From NCBI GenBank assembly GCA_965206595.1, contig OZ242214.1, positions 1,152,001-1,216,000 on the forward strand: 64,000 nt of DNA, read 5' to 3'. This stretch comes from Candidatus Latescibacterota bacterium. Lineage in GTDB: Bacteria; Latescibacterota; UBA2968; UBA8231. This document shows, piece by piece, positions 20,261 to 31,698 of the stretch (position 1 is the first letter of the stretch; every line of letters begins with the position of its first letter). The position numbers and the translations under genes are program-made. The notes beneath the pieces were generated by a model that searched no databases, was not told where the DNA came from, and saw only the letters and a program-made list of their open reading frames with translations.

Positions 20261-20738
20261 GGGGCACCCTTTCGTTGAGCGTGATGCAGCTAACGATAGG
20301 TCCGGGCCTGCAGCGGTTCCAACCTTACCGCACCCGGTATCGGCCTGCCCTTCTTCGCAGCATGGACTGGTGCGCCGTCCGGCCAATACCTTGGGACAGG
20401 TTCGGACGGGTGTTCCTGCCTGCGGTCTTGAAAACACAGTGCCGGATACATTGCTCCATCCCGGGCCATGCAGGCCGGGCGGGCGCCAAAGATTCGGTTC
20501 GGCAGGTTTCCGGGAGACCTACGCCGCGGCGACGAAGATCCGGGTCGCGGGCAGGGTCTCGGTCTTCGGGTCGCCGTCCTGGCAGGCGAGTCGAAACAGC
20601 AGTCGCCGCCGTGCCACGAGCTTCTGGCGCACGCGTCGGACCCTGGCTCGCTTTGCAGGCATGATTTCTGGCCGCAGAGTGGAAGAGGTGCGGGGTCGGG
20701 AAGGGGAAGGGTCGAGTGCTTGCAGGTGCCACGGGACC

Positions 20739-21908
20739 CTACTCGGCGAGCGAGGGGTTGGGCAGGATGGTCGCCTTGACGCACTCCATGGCCATGGCCT
20801 TCCGGGTCGCCTCCTGCACCCCCTCTTCGGTGAAGGGAAAGACCGTCTGCAGGCGCGACCAGGGGTATCGCTCCCGCGCCCGGTGCAGCATGTCGACGCC
20901 GAGCGGCAGGTCCCCCGCGGTGATCCCCCAGGAAGCGACGATGGTCACGTCCTTGGCGCAGATGCGGTGCCAGTTGGTCGCGATCGCCCCGGCGTCGGTG
21001 AACTGTCCCATCTCGACATAGGTGCCGCCGTCGCGGAGCATCTCGATACCCTCTGGGCCGGCCGATGGGTGGCCGGCGCAGTCGATCACGAGATCGGCGC
21101 CGAACCGGGCTCCAAAACCGGCGAGGAGGTTCCGCACCGCGTCGATGCGGGCCGCGGAAGTGGGATGGTCGTCGAGACAGATGGTCCCCGCCGCGGAGAA
21201 CTCCCGGCAGAGGGCGAGCCGCGGCTCTTCCGGGGCGCCAATGACGGCGATGGTCCCGGCCCCCATCTCGCGCGCCGCGGCCACCATCAGCACCGCGATC
21301 GGTCCGGCCCCCTGCACGACGACGGTATCGCCGTACTGGAAACCGCCCGTCGAGCGGGCGCGGCCGAGAGCGCGGATGCAGCAGGCGAGCGGCTCGGAGA
21401 GCGAGCCCTGCATGCAGGTCATGTCGTCGGGCAGGCGGTAGATCTTGGTCGCCGGGAACATGTCGAGGTCGACGTAGACCATCTCTGCCCAGCCGCCCCA
21501 CAGGTGCGGCGGCTGGGCGAACGGGATGTAGCGGCCGTAGTAGGTCGGGTTGAGGCACTTGTTGGCATGGGCGGGGTAGTGGCGGCAGTAGTGGCACTCG
21601 CCGCAGGGCATCAGCGGCGGGATCATGACCTTCGCTCCCACCTCGAGCGGCTTGCCCATGTAGTCGGCCTCGAGGCCGGGTCCCTTCTCGGCGATTACAC
21701 CGGCGACCTCGTGCCCGAGGGTGAACGGCCAGGGAAGCGGCTTCGGCCAGTGCCCCTTGAGAATGTGCAGATCGGTGCCGCAGACGCCGCAGGCCCCCAC
21801 CTCGATCAGGGCGGCCCGCTCCGGAACCCGGGGCCGTTCCACGGCCTGGATCCGCGGGCGCGCTCCGGGGCCGTCGAAGGTGGCGACCTTTACCGTGGTT
21901 GCAGCCAA
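20739..21908 (-). CDS. Zinc-dependent alcohol dehydrogenase (MDR family)
   Basis: CGTDLH, GHE, structural Zn CGECHYC...C and Rossmann GAGPIA. Confidence 0.92.
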   Translation of the reverse strand: MAATTVKVATFDGPGARPRIQAVERPRVPERAALIEVGACGVCGTDLHILKGHWPKPLPWPFTLGHEVAGVIAEKGPGLEADYMGKPLEVGAKVMIPPLMPCGECHYCRHYPAHANKCLNPTYYGRYIPFAQPPHLWGGWAEMVYVDLDMFPATKIYRLPDDMTCMQGSLSEPLACCIRALGRARSTGGFQYGDTVVVQGAGPIAVLMVAAAREMGAGTIAVIGAPEEPRLALCREFSAAGTICLDDHPTSAARIDAVRNLLAGFGARFGADLVIDCAGHPSAGPEGIEMLRDGGTYVEMGQFTDAGAIATNWHRICAKDVTIVASWGITAGDLPLGVDMLHRARERYPWSRLQTVFPFTEEGVQEATRKAMAMECVKATILPNPSLAE

Positions 21909-21955
21909 TGGATGGCAGCCTTCCAGACTGCGGCCAACTGATTCTCCGCGGCCTC

Positions 21956-23629
21956 TCAGCTTGCGGGAATCACCGGCAGCAGCACGTGCGACGGGTGGTC
22001 GGAGTCGTGGTAGACCGTCTGCCTTGCCCGGCGCATTTCGGTGTCCCTGCCGAGCTCGTTTCCGGTGTTAGGGTTGCGGTCGAAGCGCGGGAAGTTCGAC
22101 GACGAGATCTCCAGCCTGATCCGGTGCCCGGCGAGGAAGAGATTGCCGGTTGCAGCGACGTCGATTTCGTACCGGTAGATCCGGTTCGGCTCGAGCAGCG
22201 ACTCGCTCTCGAACCCCTCGTGAAAGCGGGCGCGGAGGATGCCGTCGCACAGGTTCATGGCGTAGCCGCCCGGGGAGACGTCGACGAGCTTCGCCGTCCA
22301 GTCGGTGTCGAGGCCGTCGGTGGCGGCGAACAGCACTACAATTATCGGCCCGGTCACCTCCATCGCTTCCATCAGCGGCGCGCTCGTGTAGCAGAGCACG
22401 TCGCCGCGCATCTCGACCGGGCGCTGGTCGTACGGTCCCCAGGGGACGATGTGGGGGGAGCAGCAGTTGTTGCCCCCGTTGGTCTGCACCGGGAGCTCGG
22501 GGTCGTACACGTAGCGGTCGGGAGGCTCGTTGCCGGGTTCCTGCGGCGCAAGCGAACCGTCCCCGAGGAGGGTGTTGGCGTTGCCTTGCGAATGGAGGTG
22601 CCATTTCTGCCAGACGGTGCGCGCCAGCGGCCACTCGTGTTCGTCGCGCCACTGGTTGCTCCCCATGATGAACAGGCGCAGGGGCGGCTCGTCGGAGATG
22701 CCGTTGTCGATCCCCTTGAGCCAGTAGTCGAACCAGCGCAGCTCCAGACCTTCGAGGTCGACCATCGAGTCGGCGCCGAAGTCGACGTCCCCGGTCCTCG
22801 TCGAGGTGCTCAGGCCGTGGGGCCAGGGACCGACGATCAGCTTGCTCTGCTTCGCCTCGTCTGTGGCGCCCTGCCGGCGCAGGCCGTTGAAGCAGACGAA
22901 GGTGTCGCGCGCGTAGAGATCGTACCAGCCCCCCATGTTGAAGGCGGGGGCGCGGATGTCGCCGAAGCGCTTCTCGACGTCGACCGCCTCCCAGTAGTCG
23001 TCGTAGCATGGATGGTCGACCCAGTCCTTCCAGAACTGGATGTTGCGGCCGGCGAGCTCGTCGATGTCGGCGAGCGGCAGGCCGCGGAAGGCTTCGGTCC
23101 AGTTGTGGTAGTCGATGTTCTGGGCGGTGCGGCCGTTGGTGCGCATGCCCCAGGTCATGCAGACGCCGAGCTGCAGGGCCCCGCCGGGGTGGACGAGGCC
23201 CTGGTAGAAGTCGGCGCAGATGACGCGCGGGGCCATGCAGGTGAGGTGGTCGCTGGCGTGCACGGCACTCTGCCACTGAACCAGGCCGAGGTAGGAGCCG
23301 CCGGACATGCCGATTTTACCGTTGCTCCATTCCTGCCTGCCGATCCATTCCTGGGTGTCGTACCCGTCTTCGCCGTCCGGGTGAAACGGGTAGTAGGTGC
23401 CGTCGGAGTCCCAGCGGCCGCGGCAGTCCTGGGCGACGCAGACGTAGCCCCTGTTGGCGAGGCTGCGGCCCTTGGCAATGACGCTGTTGTTGTCGTACGG
23501 GGTGCGGATCAGCACCGTGGGAAAGCGCCCGGAAGCCCGCGGCCGGTAGACGTCGGCAGAGAGGTCGACGCCGTCCCGCATCGGCACCTTGAGATCTAGT
23601 TGCAGGTCGACATCGTAGGTTTCAGCCAA
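21956..23629 (-). CDS. CocE/NonD family serine hydrolase
   Basis: MRDGVDL, RTPY, GGSYLG nucleophile elbow, GWYD, GPWPH and SSNFPRFDRN. Confidence 0.94.
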   Translation of the reverse strand: MAETYDVDLQLDLKVPMRDGVDLSADVYRPRASGRFPTVLIRTPYDNNSVIAKGRSLANRGYVCVAQDCRGRWDSDGTYYPFHPDGEDGYDTQEWIGRQEWSNGKIGMSGGSYLGLVQWQSAVHASDHLTCMAPRVICADFYQGLVHPGGALQLGVCMTWGMRTNGRTAQNIDYHNWTEAFRGLPLADIDELAGRNIQFWKDWVDHPCYDDYWEAVDVEKRFGDIRAPAFNMGGWYDLYARDTFVCFNGLRRQGATDEAKQSKLIVGPWPHGLSTSTRTGDVDFGADSMVDLEGLELRWFDYWLKGIDNGISDEPPLRLFIMGSNQWRDEHEWPLARTVWQKWHLHSQGNANTLLGDGSLAPQEPGNEPPDRYVYDPELPVQTNGGNNCCSPHIVPWGPYDQRPVEMRGDVLCYTSAPLMEAMEVTGPIIVVLFAATDGLDTDWTAKLVDVSPGGYAMNLCDGILRARFHEGFESESLLEPNRIYRYEIDVAATGNLFLAGHRIRLEISSSNFPRFDRNPNTGNELGRDTEMRRARQTVYHDSDHPSHVLLPVIPAS

Positions 23630-23667
23630 GGCTCTGTCTCCGGGTAGGTTGGTAGCAGGGGCGGGCG

Positions 23668-23696
23668 ACCTTAGCGATCTTTTTCACGGCTGTCAA
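23668..23696 (-). promoter_or_regulatory. Sigma70-type promoter for the CocE/ADH genes
   Basis: Minus strand TTGACA-17 nt-TAAGGT about 40 nt upstream of the CocE start. Confidence 0.55.
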
Positions 23697-23854
23697 TCAG
23701 ATACACCCACCGCTTCCCGGCACAACTCCCGCTCCGCGGGCGGCCGGATCCGGCCCCTGGGCGAAGGTTCATTTTCGGCACGGCCTGCCGCCCGGAGCCC
23801 ATGATTCGGGCCGGCACCTGCGCCGGGCAGCACTTCCATCAACAGGTGAAGAAG

Positions 23855-24685
23855 ATGGACCCCTCCTGTCTCGAGCACTGCCTGACCGAAGAAGAGCGGC
23901 TCGCCTTCGAAAGGGACGGCTATTTCCAGGTCCCGGAGGTGGTGCCGATCGACCTCGTTGCCCGGCTGGAGGCGGCGACCGACCGCATCGAGCTGCCGTC
24001 CGACCCCCGGGAGTCGTACCTGCTACTCGACTTCATCGGCAGGGACGACGCCTTCCTCGAGCTCCTCGACTGGCCGCTGACCTTCCCCAAGGTGTGGGGG
24101 ATCCTCGGCTGGCACATCCAGCTCTACCACTCCCATGTCGTGGTGACGCCACCGCTTTCCGAGGAGAACCGCCGGCTCGAGAGGCGGCTCGGCTGGCACC
24201 AGGACACCGGAAGGCTGAACATCGAGCTCGACGGGAATCCGCGGCCCCGGGTGTCGCTCAAGGTCGCCTACTTCCTCACCGACACCTCGCAGCCGCACCG
24301 CGGCAACTTCACCGTCGTGCCGGGGAGCCACCTGCGCAACGAGCTCGAGCTGCCCGGGGACGGCTCCGACCCCCCCGGGGCTACCGAGATCCGCGCCAAA
24401 CCGGGGGACGCCGTCTTCTTCGACCGCCGGCTGTGGCACGCGGCCGGCCGCAACCGCTCCGACATCACGCGCAAGGTGCTGTTCTACGGGTACAGCTACC
24501 GCTGGCTCAAGCCGCGCGACAACATGACCGTCGCCCACTACATGGAGCGCAGCGATCCCGTCAGGCGGCAGCTGCTCGGCGTCGGGCCCACCGGAGGGAT
24601 GGGGTTCACCTCTCCGAAGGAGGAGGACGTGCCGTTGCGGGAGTGGATCCGCGAGCACCTGGGAGAGGAAGCGGTGGCCGAATAG
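23855..24685 (+). CDS. Phytanoyl-CoA dioxygenase (PhyH) family protein
   Basis: FERDGY, WHQD, VVPGSH and GDAVFFDRRLWH facial triad; start at ATG 23855. Confidence 0.9.
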   Translation: MDPSCLEHCLTEEERLAFERDGYFQVPEVVPIDLVARLEAATDRIELPSDPRESYLLLDFIGRDDAFLELLDWPLTFPKVWGILGWHIQLYHSHVVVTPPLSEENRRLERRLGWHQDTGRLNIELDGNPRPRVSLKVAYFLTDTSQPHRGNFTVVPGSHLRNELELPGDGSDPPGATEIRAKPGDAVFFDRRLWHAAGRNRSDITRKVLFYGYSYRWLKPRDNMTVAHYMERSDPVRRQLLGVGPTGGMGFTSPKEEDVPLREWIREHLGEEAVAE

Positions 24686-24713
24686 TCGCGGAGTCCGTCT
24701 ACTGGGGATATCA

Positions 24714-24920
24714 TCCATTCCCAACCTGACAGACGAGGAGAAGGCCTGGCTTCAACCCTACCCTGCAGACGTTGGCAGCCCGGGACTGGTGTGCAGGAGA
24801 TTCGCATCATCGCCTCAAAGGCAGGCGGGGAAGCCATATCCGACCCGGATGTCGACATCATGGTGGTGATCGCCGGAGGAAGCTGGGAAGAGAAGGATGC
24901 GGTTGCATGCCTCCTGGTTG
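24714..24920 (+). pseudogene. Degenerate minimal nucleotidyltransferase (MNT antitoxin-like) remnant
   Basis: Two frames give SIPNLTDEEKAWLQPY...PGLV and IIASKAGGEAISDPDVDIMVV, resembling the GSxARG...DSDxD motif; no proper start. Confidence 0.5.
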
Positions 24921-25104
24921 CGGGCAGAGCAGGCGCTCGAAGCTGCCCGTCTGTTGCACCACAACCAGCTGTAGCGGATGCGATCACGCCGTGCTGCATG
25001 CGTCTTGGCCAGGTTCAAATGCACGCTATGCTTCCTATCCATGGCCGTGATCATGAGCACGGACTTCCGCCATTTATTCAGAGGTAGAGGCTGATATTCG
25101 CCCG

Positions 25105-26946
<1,842 letters not shown>

Positions 26947-27018
26947 GGATATGAACGCCTGCGGAAGCAACTTCGGCCATGAATGGGTTATCCGCTCGCA
27001 CGGCCGCGGGGCTCCCCA

Positions 27019-27357
27019 TCATTTTCCGTTACCATCGGCTCGTGCCCTTGCCAGATCCTGACGGATGTCCCGGGCTACGCGGGGCTCGCGTCCGAGTTCC
27101 TGCTCCAGCGCTGTCGTGAGCGGCAGCAACAGCTTCGTGGAGGGGGATGCCTGGATGATCTCGCACATGCGTTTCTGCCCGAGATCAATGCTGAACTCCA
27201 TCAATGCGTCGAGGATTTCCTTCGGGAGGGAGTCAAGTTCTGGAAGGATTGCGAGAATCCATGGTGTCCGCTCGCACGAAGTCTGCCGGGGTCCGTCAAG
27301 GGGTGTCCGCGCCTTGATTCGCAACGGTCGCCCGAATCGGCTGCAAGGGCCGGCCAT
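27019..27357 (-). pseudogene. Probable C-terminal gene fragment of unknown function
   Basis: Helical tail LLPLTTALEQELGREPRVARDIRQDL looks coding, but the N-terminal part does not and there is no RBS. Confidence 0.3.
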
Positions 27358-27456
27358 GGATCAGATATAGTCCTGGGGATCTTCTGTCAGGATATCTTCG
27401 CTCTACGGGGCAAAGTAGGACCTTCTGGTAGAGAAGGATCAGGCCCCTCAAATCAA

Positions 27457-28463
27457 CTACCCCATTCGGACTATCTCTCGAAGGAATCGCGCGAAGTTCC
27501 GCAAAGTACGGGTTTCTTCCGCGGAGAGTTCGTCTGGATCAAAGTGCATGACGTCGTTCCGTATGTTCCTTACAGCATCCAGTTGCTTTGCAAATTCGGT
27601 TCTTTCGATATTCAAGTCGAGCTTGCCCCAGTTCTCTCTGTTGCTCAGAAGTTGATGGTATCCCCCAAGTGTGAGATCGGCAGACCCTTCCACTTGGCGT
27701 CCTCCTTCAGAAGGATTTGAAGCAGCCCCATTTGCTCGACTGTGAACTTTCCGCGAATAAGCTGACGCAAGTGACCTTCGATCTCGCCGAGGAGCAAAAA
27801 TGGCCCGGCAAGACTCATGAATTGAGTGGAGAGGTCACTAGCTGTCACGATCCCAGTAATGATTCCGCTGGTGTCCTGCACCAACACGTATTCATGGGCC
27901 GCAATTCTCCCTATCGCATCAAATAGAGGGGTACTCTTCGGAATCAGCTCTGCTGGACCCATGCACTGTCGAACGTATTCGCACTGCCGCCCAAGAGATA
28001 AGTTGGCACCGATCGACTTCCAGCTAATCATGCCCTTCACCCGCTCGTTGGTCATCACGGGAAGCTGAGAATAGTCATGAAGCTGCATTATCGTGGTAGC
28101 AGCACTCATGGCTTGTTCTGGTTTGACACTCACTGGCTTCTTGTTCGCAGCGGGTAGAGTATCGATTTGGTGAATGGGACCGGCTGAATCTTCTAGGGAC
28201 TGGTCGTCTGTAACTTCGGAGTTGAGTCGAATGGAGATTCCTGAGTCTATGTATGCATACTCAAAATCTGGTTGGGTCCGAAGGTTCAACTTCTCCAGTG
28301 TGTTTCGAATATGGCCTACAATCCAGCTCCCTCGCTTGGCATAACCGAATTTCCCCAGAAACTCTCGCACCGTCAGCTTTTCGACCTTCGGGGCCGCACC
28401 TTTTTCGATGTCATCCTGCATTTGTTTTGCCGTTTTCTTCAGCCAGTCATGAGCGTCTTGCAT
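27457..28463 (-). pseudogene. CBS-pair + Swt1-like HEPN protein, split by a 1-nt frameshift
   Basis: CBS motifs YSQLPV...GMISWKSI and GIVTASDL; second frame carries RNIRNDVMHF (RxxxxH); one extra base at the C4 run 27726-27729 restores a 335-aa ORF; low GC. Confidence 0.75.
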
Positions 28464-28506
28464 AGTGCCTTCCTTTCCTTGCTTGCCTCGCCTCTTCGGT
28501 CAATCC

Positions 28507-31500
28507 TCATCGGCCGTCCAAGATATCCTTCAACGTCTTGTCGGCTGGGGGCGGGTCTTCCTGCGCCGCGAACTCCGGTGGGACGAACAGCGCATTGCCC
28601 GGCGACCAGAGTTCCATGCTCTCGGCATGTTCCTCGAAATACCTGGGATCAGTGGTCACGCGCAGGCGGTCCGTCATGCCAGGGGCCAGCAGGCCGTATT
28701 CCCGATTTCTCATTGACTGAACATCGAAGCCGGGGGGCATGAGATCGGGGGATCCGATCACCCGGTCGAGGTCCTCCATGGTGACCGGTGACCGCGGTCG
28801 CTCCGGCACGGCGAGGTCTTCCTCGGTCACCGCATCGATATCGAAACCACCTCTCTCGGATTCACTCGCCTGCCGTTCAATCGCACCCACGACCCGGGCG
28901 CGCTCCGTCTCTTCACGCCCACGGCCCGACAGCACCGCATCGGATATGACGCCTGGGAGCTTCGCAAGAATCGGCTGCAAGCGCCCGACTACGTTCTCAA
29001 ACAGGCCGATACGGTTCCTGAGCGCCCGGTAAATGTCGGTTTCCACCGTGCCCTCGTAGTGCAGGTTGACGATCCGAATGGTGCCATGTTGCTGGCCGAG
29101 GCGGTCGATACGGCCGATGCGCTGTTCCACCCTCATGGGGTTCCAGGGCATGTCGTAATTGATCAGGGCGCCGCAGAACTGAAAATTCAGACCCTCGGCA
29201 GCGGCGTCGGTGCATAGCAGGACATCCGCCTCACCCTCAAGGAACCGGCGCTTGGCGTCGTCGCGGCTGATCCGGCGCCAGGTGCCGTCAGCATACGGTA
29301 CTTCCCCGCCGCGTCCCGAGAAGCACATCATCCTCGAATCCGTGTCCTTTCGGAGTTCCTCGCGCAGGAAATCCATGGTATCGGTGTACTGCGTGAAGAC
29401 CATTGCTTGGCCGTACCCGTCCTGGCGGAACTCATCAAGAACGCTCTTCAGGCTTTCGAGCTTGCTGTCGGGGGGCAATCTGCCGATGCGGTTGAGGAGA
29501 CTGCGGATGTCGGATTCCTCCTCTGCCGCAAGGGCCTCTCCTTCCACCATTGCCCACTCACCGACATCAAAGACTTCGTCAGTTGTTTCATCGTCCGGTA
29601 TGTCTTCGTCGAGGCTCGCCAACTGAGCTGGATCCCCCGCAGCAATGGCGTCGAGATGGTTTTGAAGCGTTCTGCTCAGGGCTCGGAAGCTGCTGGCGAG
29701 ACGGCGGCGATAGATGGTCATGACAAAGCCTACTGCGGTGCGCTCCCTGGCGCTGGCCTGGTTGTAGGTGCCGGCGATGTATTCCTCGACCGCGTCGTAG
29801 AGTTCCCGCTCTTCCGGGGTCATCTGGAGAAAGCGGTCCTCGACCCGGCGCTGGGCGATCGGCGTGTCCAACATGCCCGCCCTGAAATACCGCCGCAGCA
29901 ACTCGCGGGTATGTCGCGAGACCAGCCTGCGCAGCGGCGTACCGGCCCGCATGATCCTGATTGCCGCCCGCCGCTCCGTCGTTTCCAATTGGCGTCGCGG
30001 GATGCTGGCAGCGTCGCGCAGGGCACGGAGGATCTTGTTGACCTTCAGACGGGACATGTCGGCGAGGCGCTGCGCATCTTCCGTCTCGATCTTGCCGTAG
30101 ACCCGTTCGGCCGACTGAAACAATCGTGCCATGCGGTCTAACTCTTCTGGGGAGGGATTCTCCTGCTCGATGTCCTGGAAAAAGTCGAGAAACGCCCTGT
30201 CGTTCCATTCGGGTGGAAGGCCGAGAAGGTCCAACAGGTCCCAGACCTCAATGGGATGAACCTGCATTGGCGTGGCCGTCAGCAGAACCAGTCCTTCGGT
30301 GCGTTTTTTCAGACCCTGCATCAGCTGGAGAAGCGTGTTGGGCCCGCCTTCCCGCTGGCTGCCCGCGGCGCGCCGCCTGGCATGGTGGGCCTCGTCGAGT
30401 ATCACGAGGTCCCACGGTTCGGCTTGCTCCAAAAGGGCTGAGGAGCGATCCCGCCTGCGCATCAGTTGGCTTGAGGCAATCACCACAGGTTCCCGGTGCC
30501 AGTGATCGCGGCCGGCGTCGCGCTCGTTCCGTCCGCGCCAAGCCGGGGAAGGGTACCAGATCAGCTTGCCGCCGTCGTAGATCGGCCAGTTGAGGTTGAA
30601 CTTCTCGCGCAGCTCGATCTGCCACTGGTTCAGGACAGCCTTGGGCGCCAGGATCAGGATCCGTTTGATGCGCCCCGCAAGCCAAGCCTGGCGCAGCAGC
30701 AGGCCAGCCTGGATGGTCTTGCCGAGGCCAACTTCATCGGCGATCAGTAGTTTGGGCGGCCAATTTCGGTAGAGGCGTTCAAAGGCTCTCACCTGGTGAG
30801 GCCAGGGAGTGACCGCCGAGGTCGTTTCGCCTACATGCTCTCCCCCCTGTGGCAATGAGGGCGCATTCCGGATGAAGGACCAGACGCGGCTCCGCAGATC
30901 GAACTTCGGGCCTTGGGCGGGTGGTTCTGGTTCCCGGGCCGGAGGCTCCGGCTTTTCGGGCAGGGCCTTCATCAGCTTGTTTTCTAGCTTCTCCAGCCGG
31001 GCGGGCTTGTCGTTCGCCGGCATGAAGCGCATAAGGTCCCGGCGCGCGGCATCGGGAACGTCGAGGACGATCACCCGCTTCGCCTTGTTGGCCCAAATGC
31101 GGGCGAAGTTGGCCTCCTCATCCGCGACCCTCTGGGGTTCCGAACCCCAACTCGAAAAGACGCTGATGCTCTCCCAGTTATGGCGCCAGCCGGCGGCGGT
31201 CTCGTTGATGCTGCCGTTCCAGGCGATCTTGTCACCGCCCCGGTCTTCGATGATGCCGGCCTTCTCGTGAAAGATGCCGTCCGCCGGAATCGGCCTGGAA
31301 TCAGCATCGCAGGGAACAGCGACCTTCACATCGAGAAAGCCGCGCGCGACCATCCAGGCCAACAGTTCCAGGGCTTCGGAAGAGTCGGTGTCCGGCGGGG
31401 CAAGGGGGAGGCTCGTCAAACGCCGTTCGACGAGATCGCGTAACTGCTCCCCCTTTTCGATCGCCTCGATCTCGGGCGCATTCAGGGTGCAGCCGGCGAC

Positions 31501-31698
31501 GAGCCGCATACGACCCTCGTTTCTGACCAATCCTTCGATGCCGCGCGCAGCCAGTGAAAGAGCGCAGGCATTGAAGTATCCGGTCAGCCGGTCGTAGCGC
31601 TCGGCATCCTCAAGCGCGGGTACGTAGAACAGGGTGACGAGATCGCCGTTATCGGGGGTGTATTTGAGCTTCCATGTGCGATCACGGAGCATGCTCAC
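28507..31698 (-). CDS. PLD nuclease-SNF2 helicase fusion of a restriction-like defence system
   Basis: HEKAGIIED...GSINET (HKD-type PLD); DEVGLGKT, DEAHH, LLTATP and EQRIGRIDR; GTGA coupling to the upstream gene. Confidence 0.92.
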   Translation of the reverse strand: MSMLRDRTWKLKYTPDNGDLVTLFYVPALEDAERYDRLTGYFNACALSLAARGIEGLVRNEGRMRLVAGCTLNAPEIEAIEKGEQLRDLVERRLTSLPLAPPDTDSSEALELLAWMVARGFLDVKVAVPCDADSRPIPADGIFHEKAGIIEDRGGDKIAWNGSINETAAGWRHNWESISVFSSWGSEPQRVADEEANFARIWANKAKRVIVLDVPDAARRDLMRFMPANDKPARLEKLENKLMKALPEKPEPPAREPEPPAQGPKFDLRSRVWSFIRNAPSLPQGGEHVGETTSAVTPWPHQVRAFERLYRNWPPKLLIADEVGLGKTIQAGLLLRQAWLAGRIKRILILAPKAVLNQWQIELREKFNLNWPIYDGGKLIWYPSPAWRGRNERDAGRDHWHREPVVIASSQLMRRRDRSSALLEQAEPWDLVILDEAHHARRRAAGSQREGGPNTLLQLMQGLKKRTEGLVLLTATPMQVHPIEVWDLLDLLGLPPEWNDRAFLDFFQDIEQENPSPEELDRMARLFQSAERVYGKIETEDAQRLADMSRLKVNKILRALRDAASIPRRQLETTERRAAIRIMRAGTPLRRLVSRHTRELLRRYFRAGMLDTPIAQRRVEDRFLQMTPEERELYDAVEEYIAGTYNQASARERTAVGFVMTIYRRRLASSFRALSRTLQNHLDAIAAGDPAQLASLDEDIPDDETTDEVFDVGEWAMVEGEALAAEEESDIRSLLNRIGRLPPDSKLESLKSVLDEFRQDGYGQAMVFTQYTDTMDFLREELRKDTDSRMMCFSGRGGEVPYADGTWRRISRDDAKRRFLEGEADVLLCTDAAAEGLNFQFCGALINYDMPWNPMRVEQRIGRIDRLGQQHGTIRIVNLHYEGTVETDIYRALRNRIGLFENVVGRLQPILAKLPGVISDAVLSGRGREETERARVVGAIERQASESERGGFDIDAVTEEDLAVPERPRSPVTMEDLDRVIGSPDLMPPGFDVQSMRNREYGLLAPGMTDRLRVTTDPRYFEEHAESMELWSPGNALFVPPEFAAQEDPPPADKTLKDILDGR

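Noticed and set aside
20519-20662. 47-aa Arg-rich minus-strand ORF ending VAAA (MPAKRARVRR...), reminiscent of a degradation tag
   Set aside because: No RBS, no tmRNA-like structure and no recognisable family; it cannot be supported
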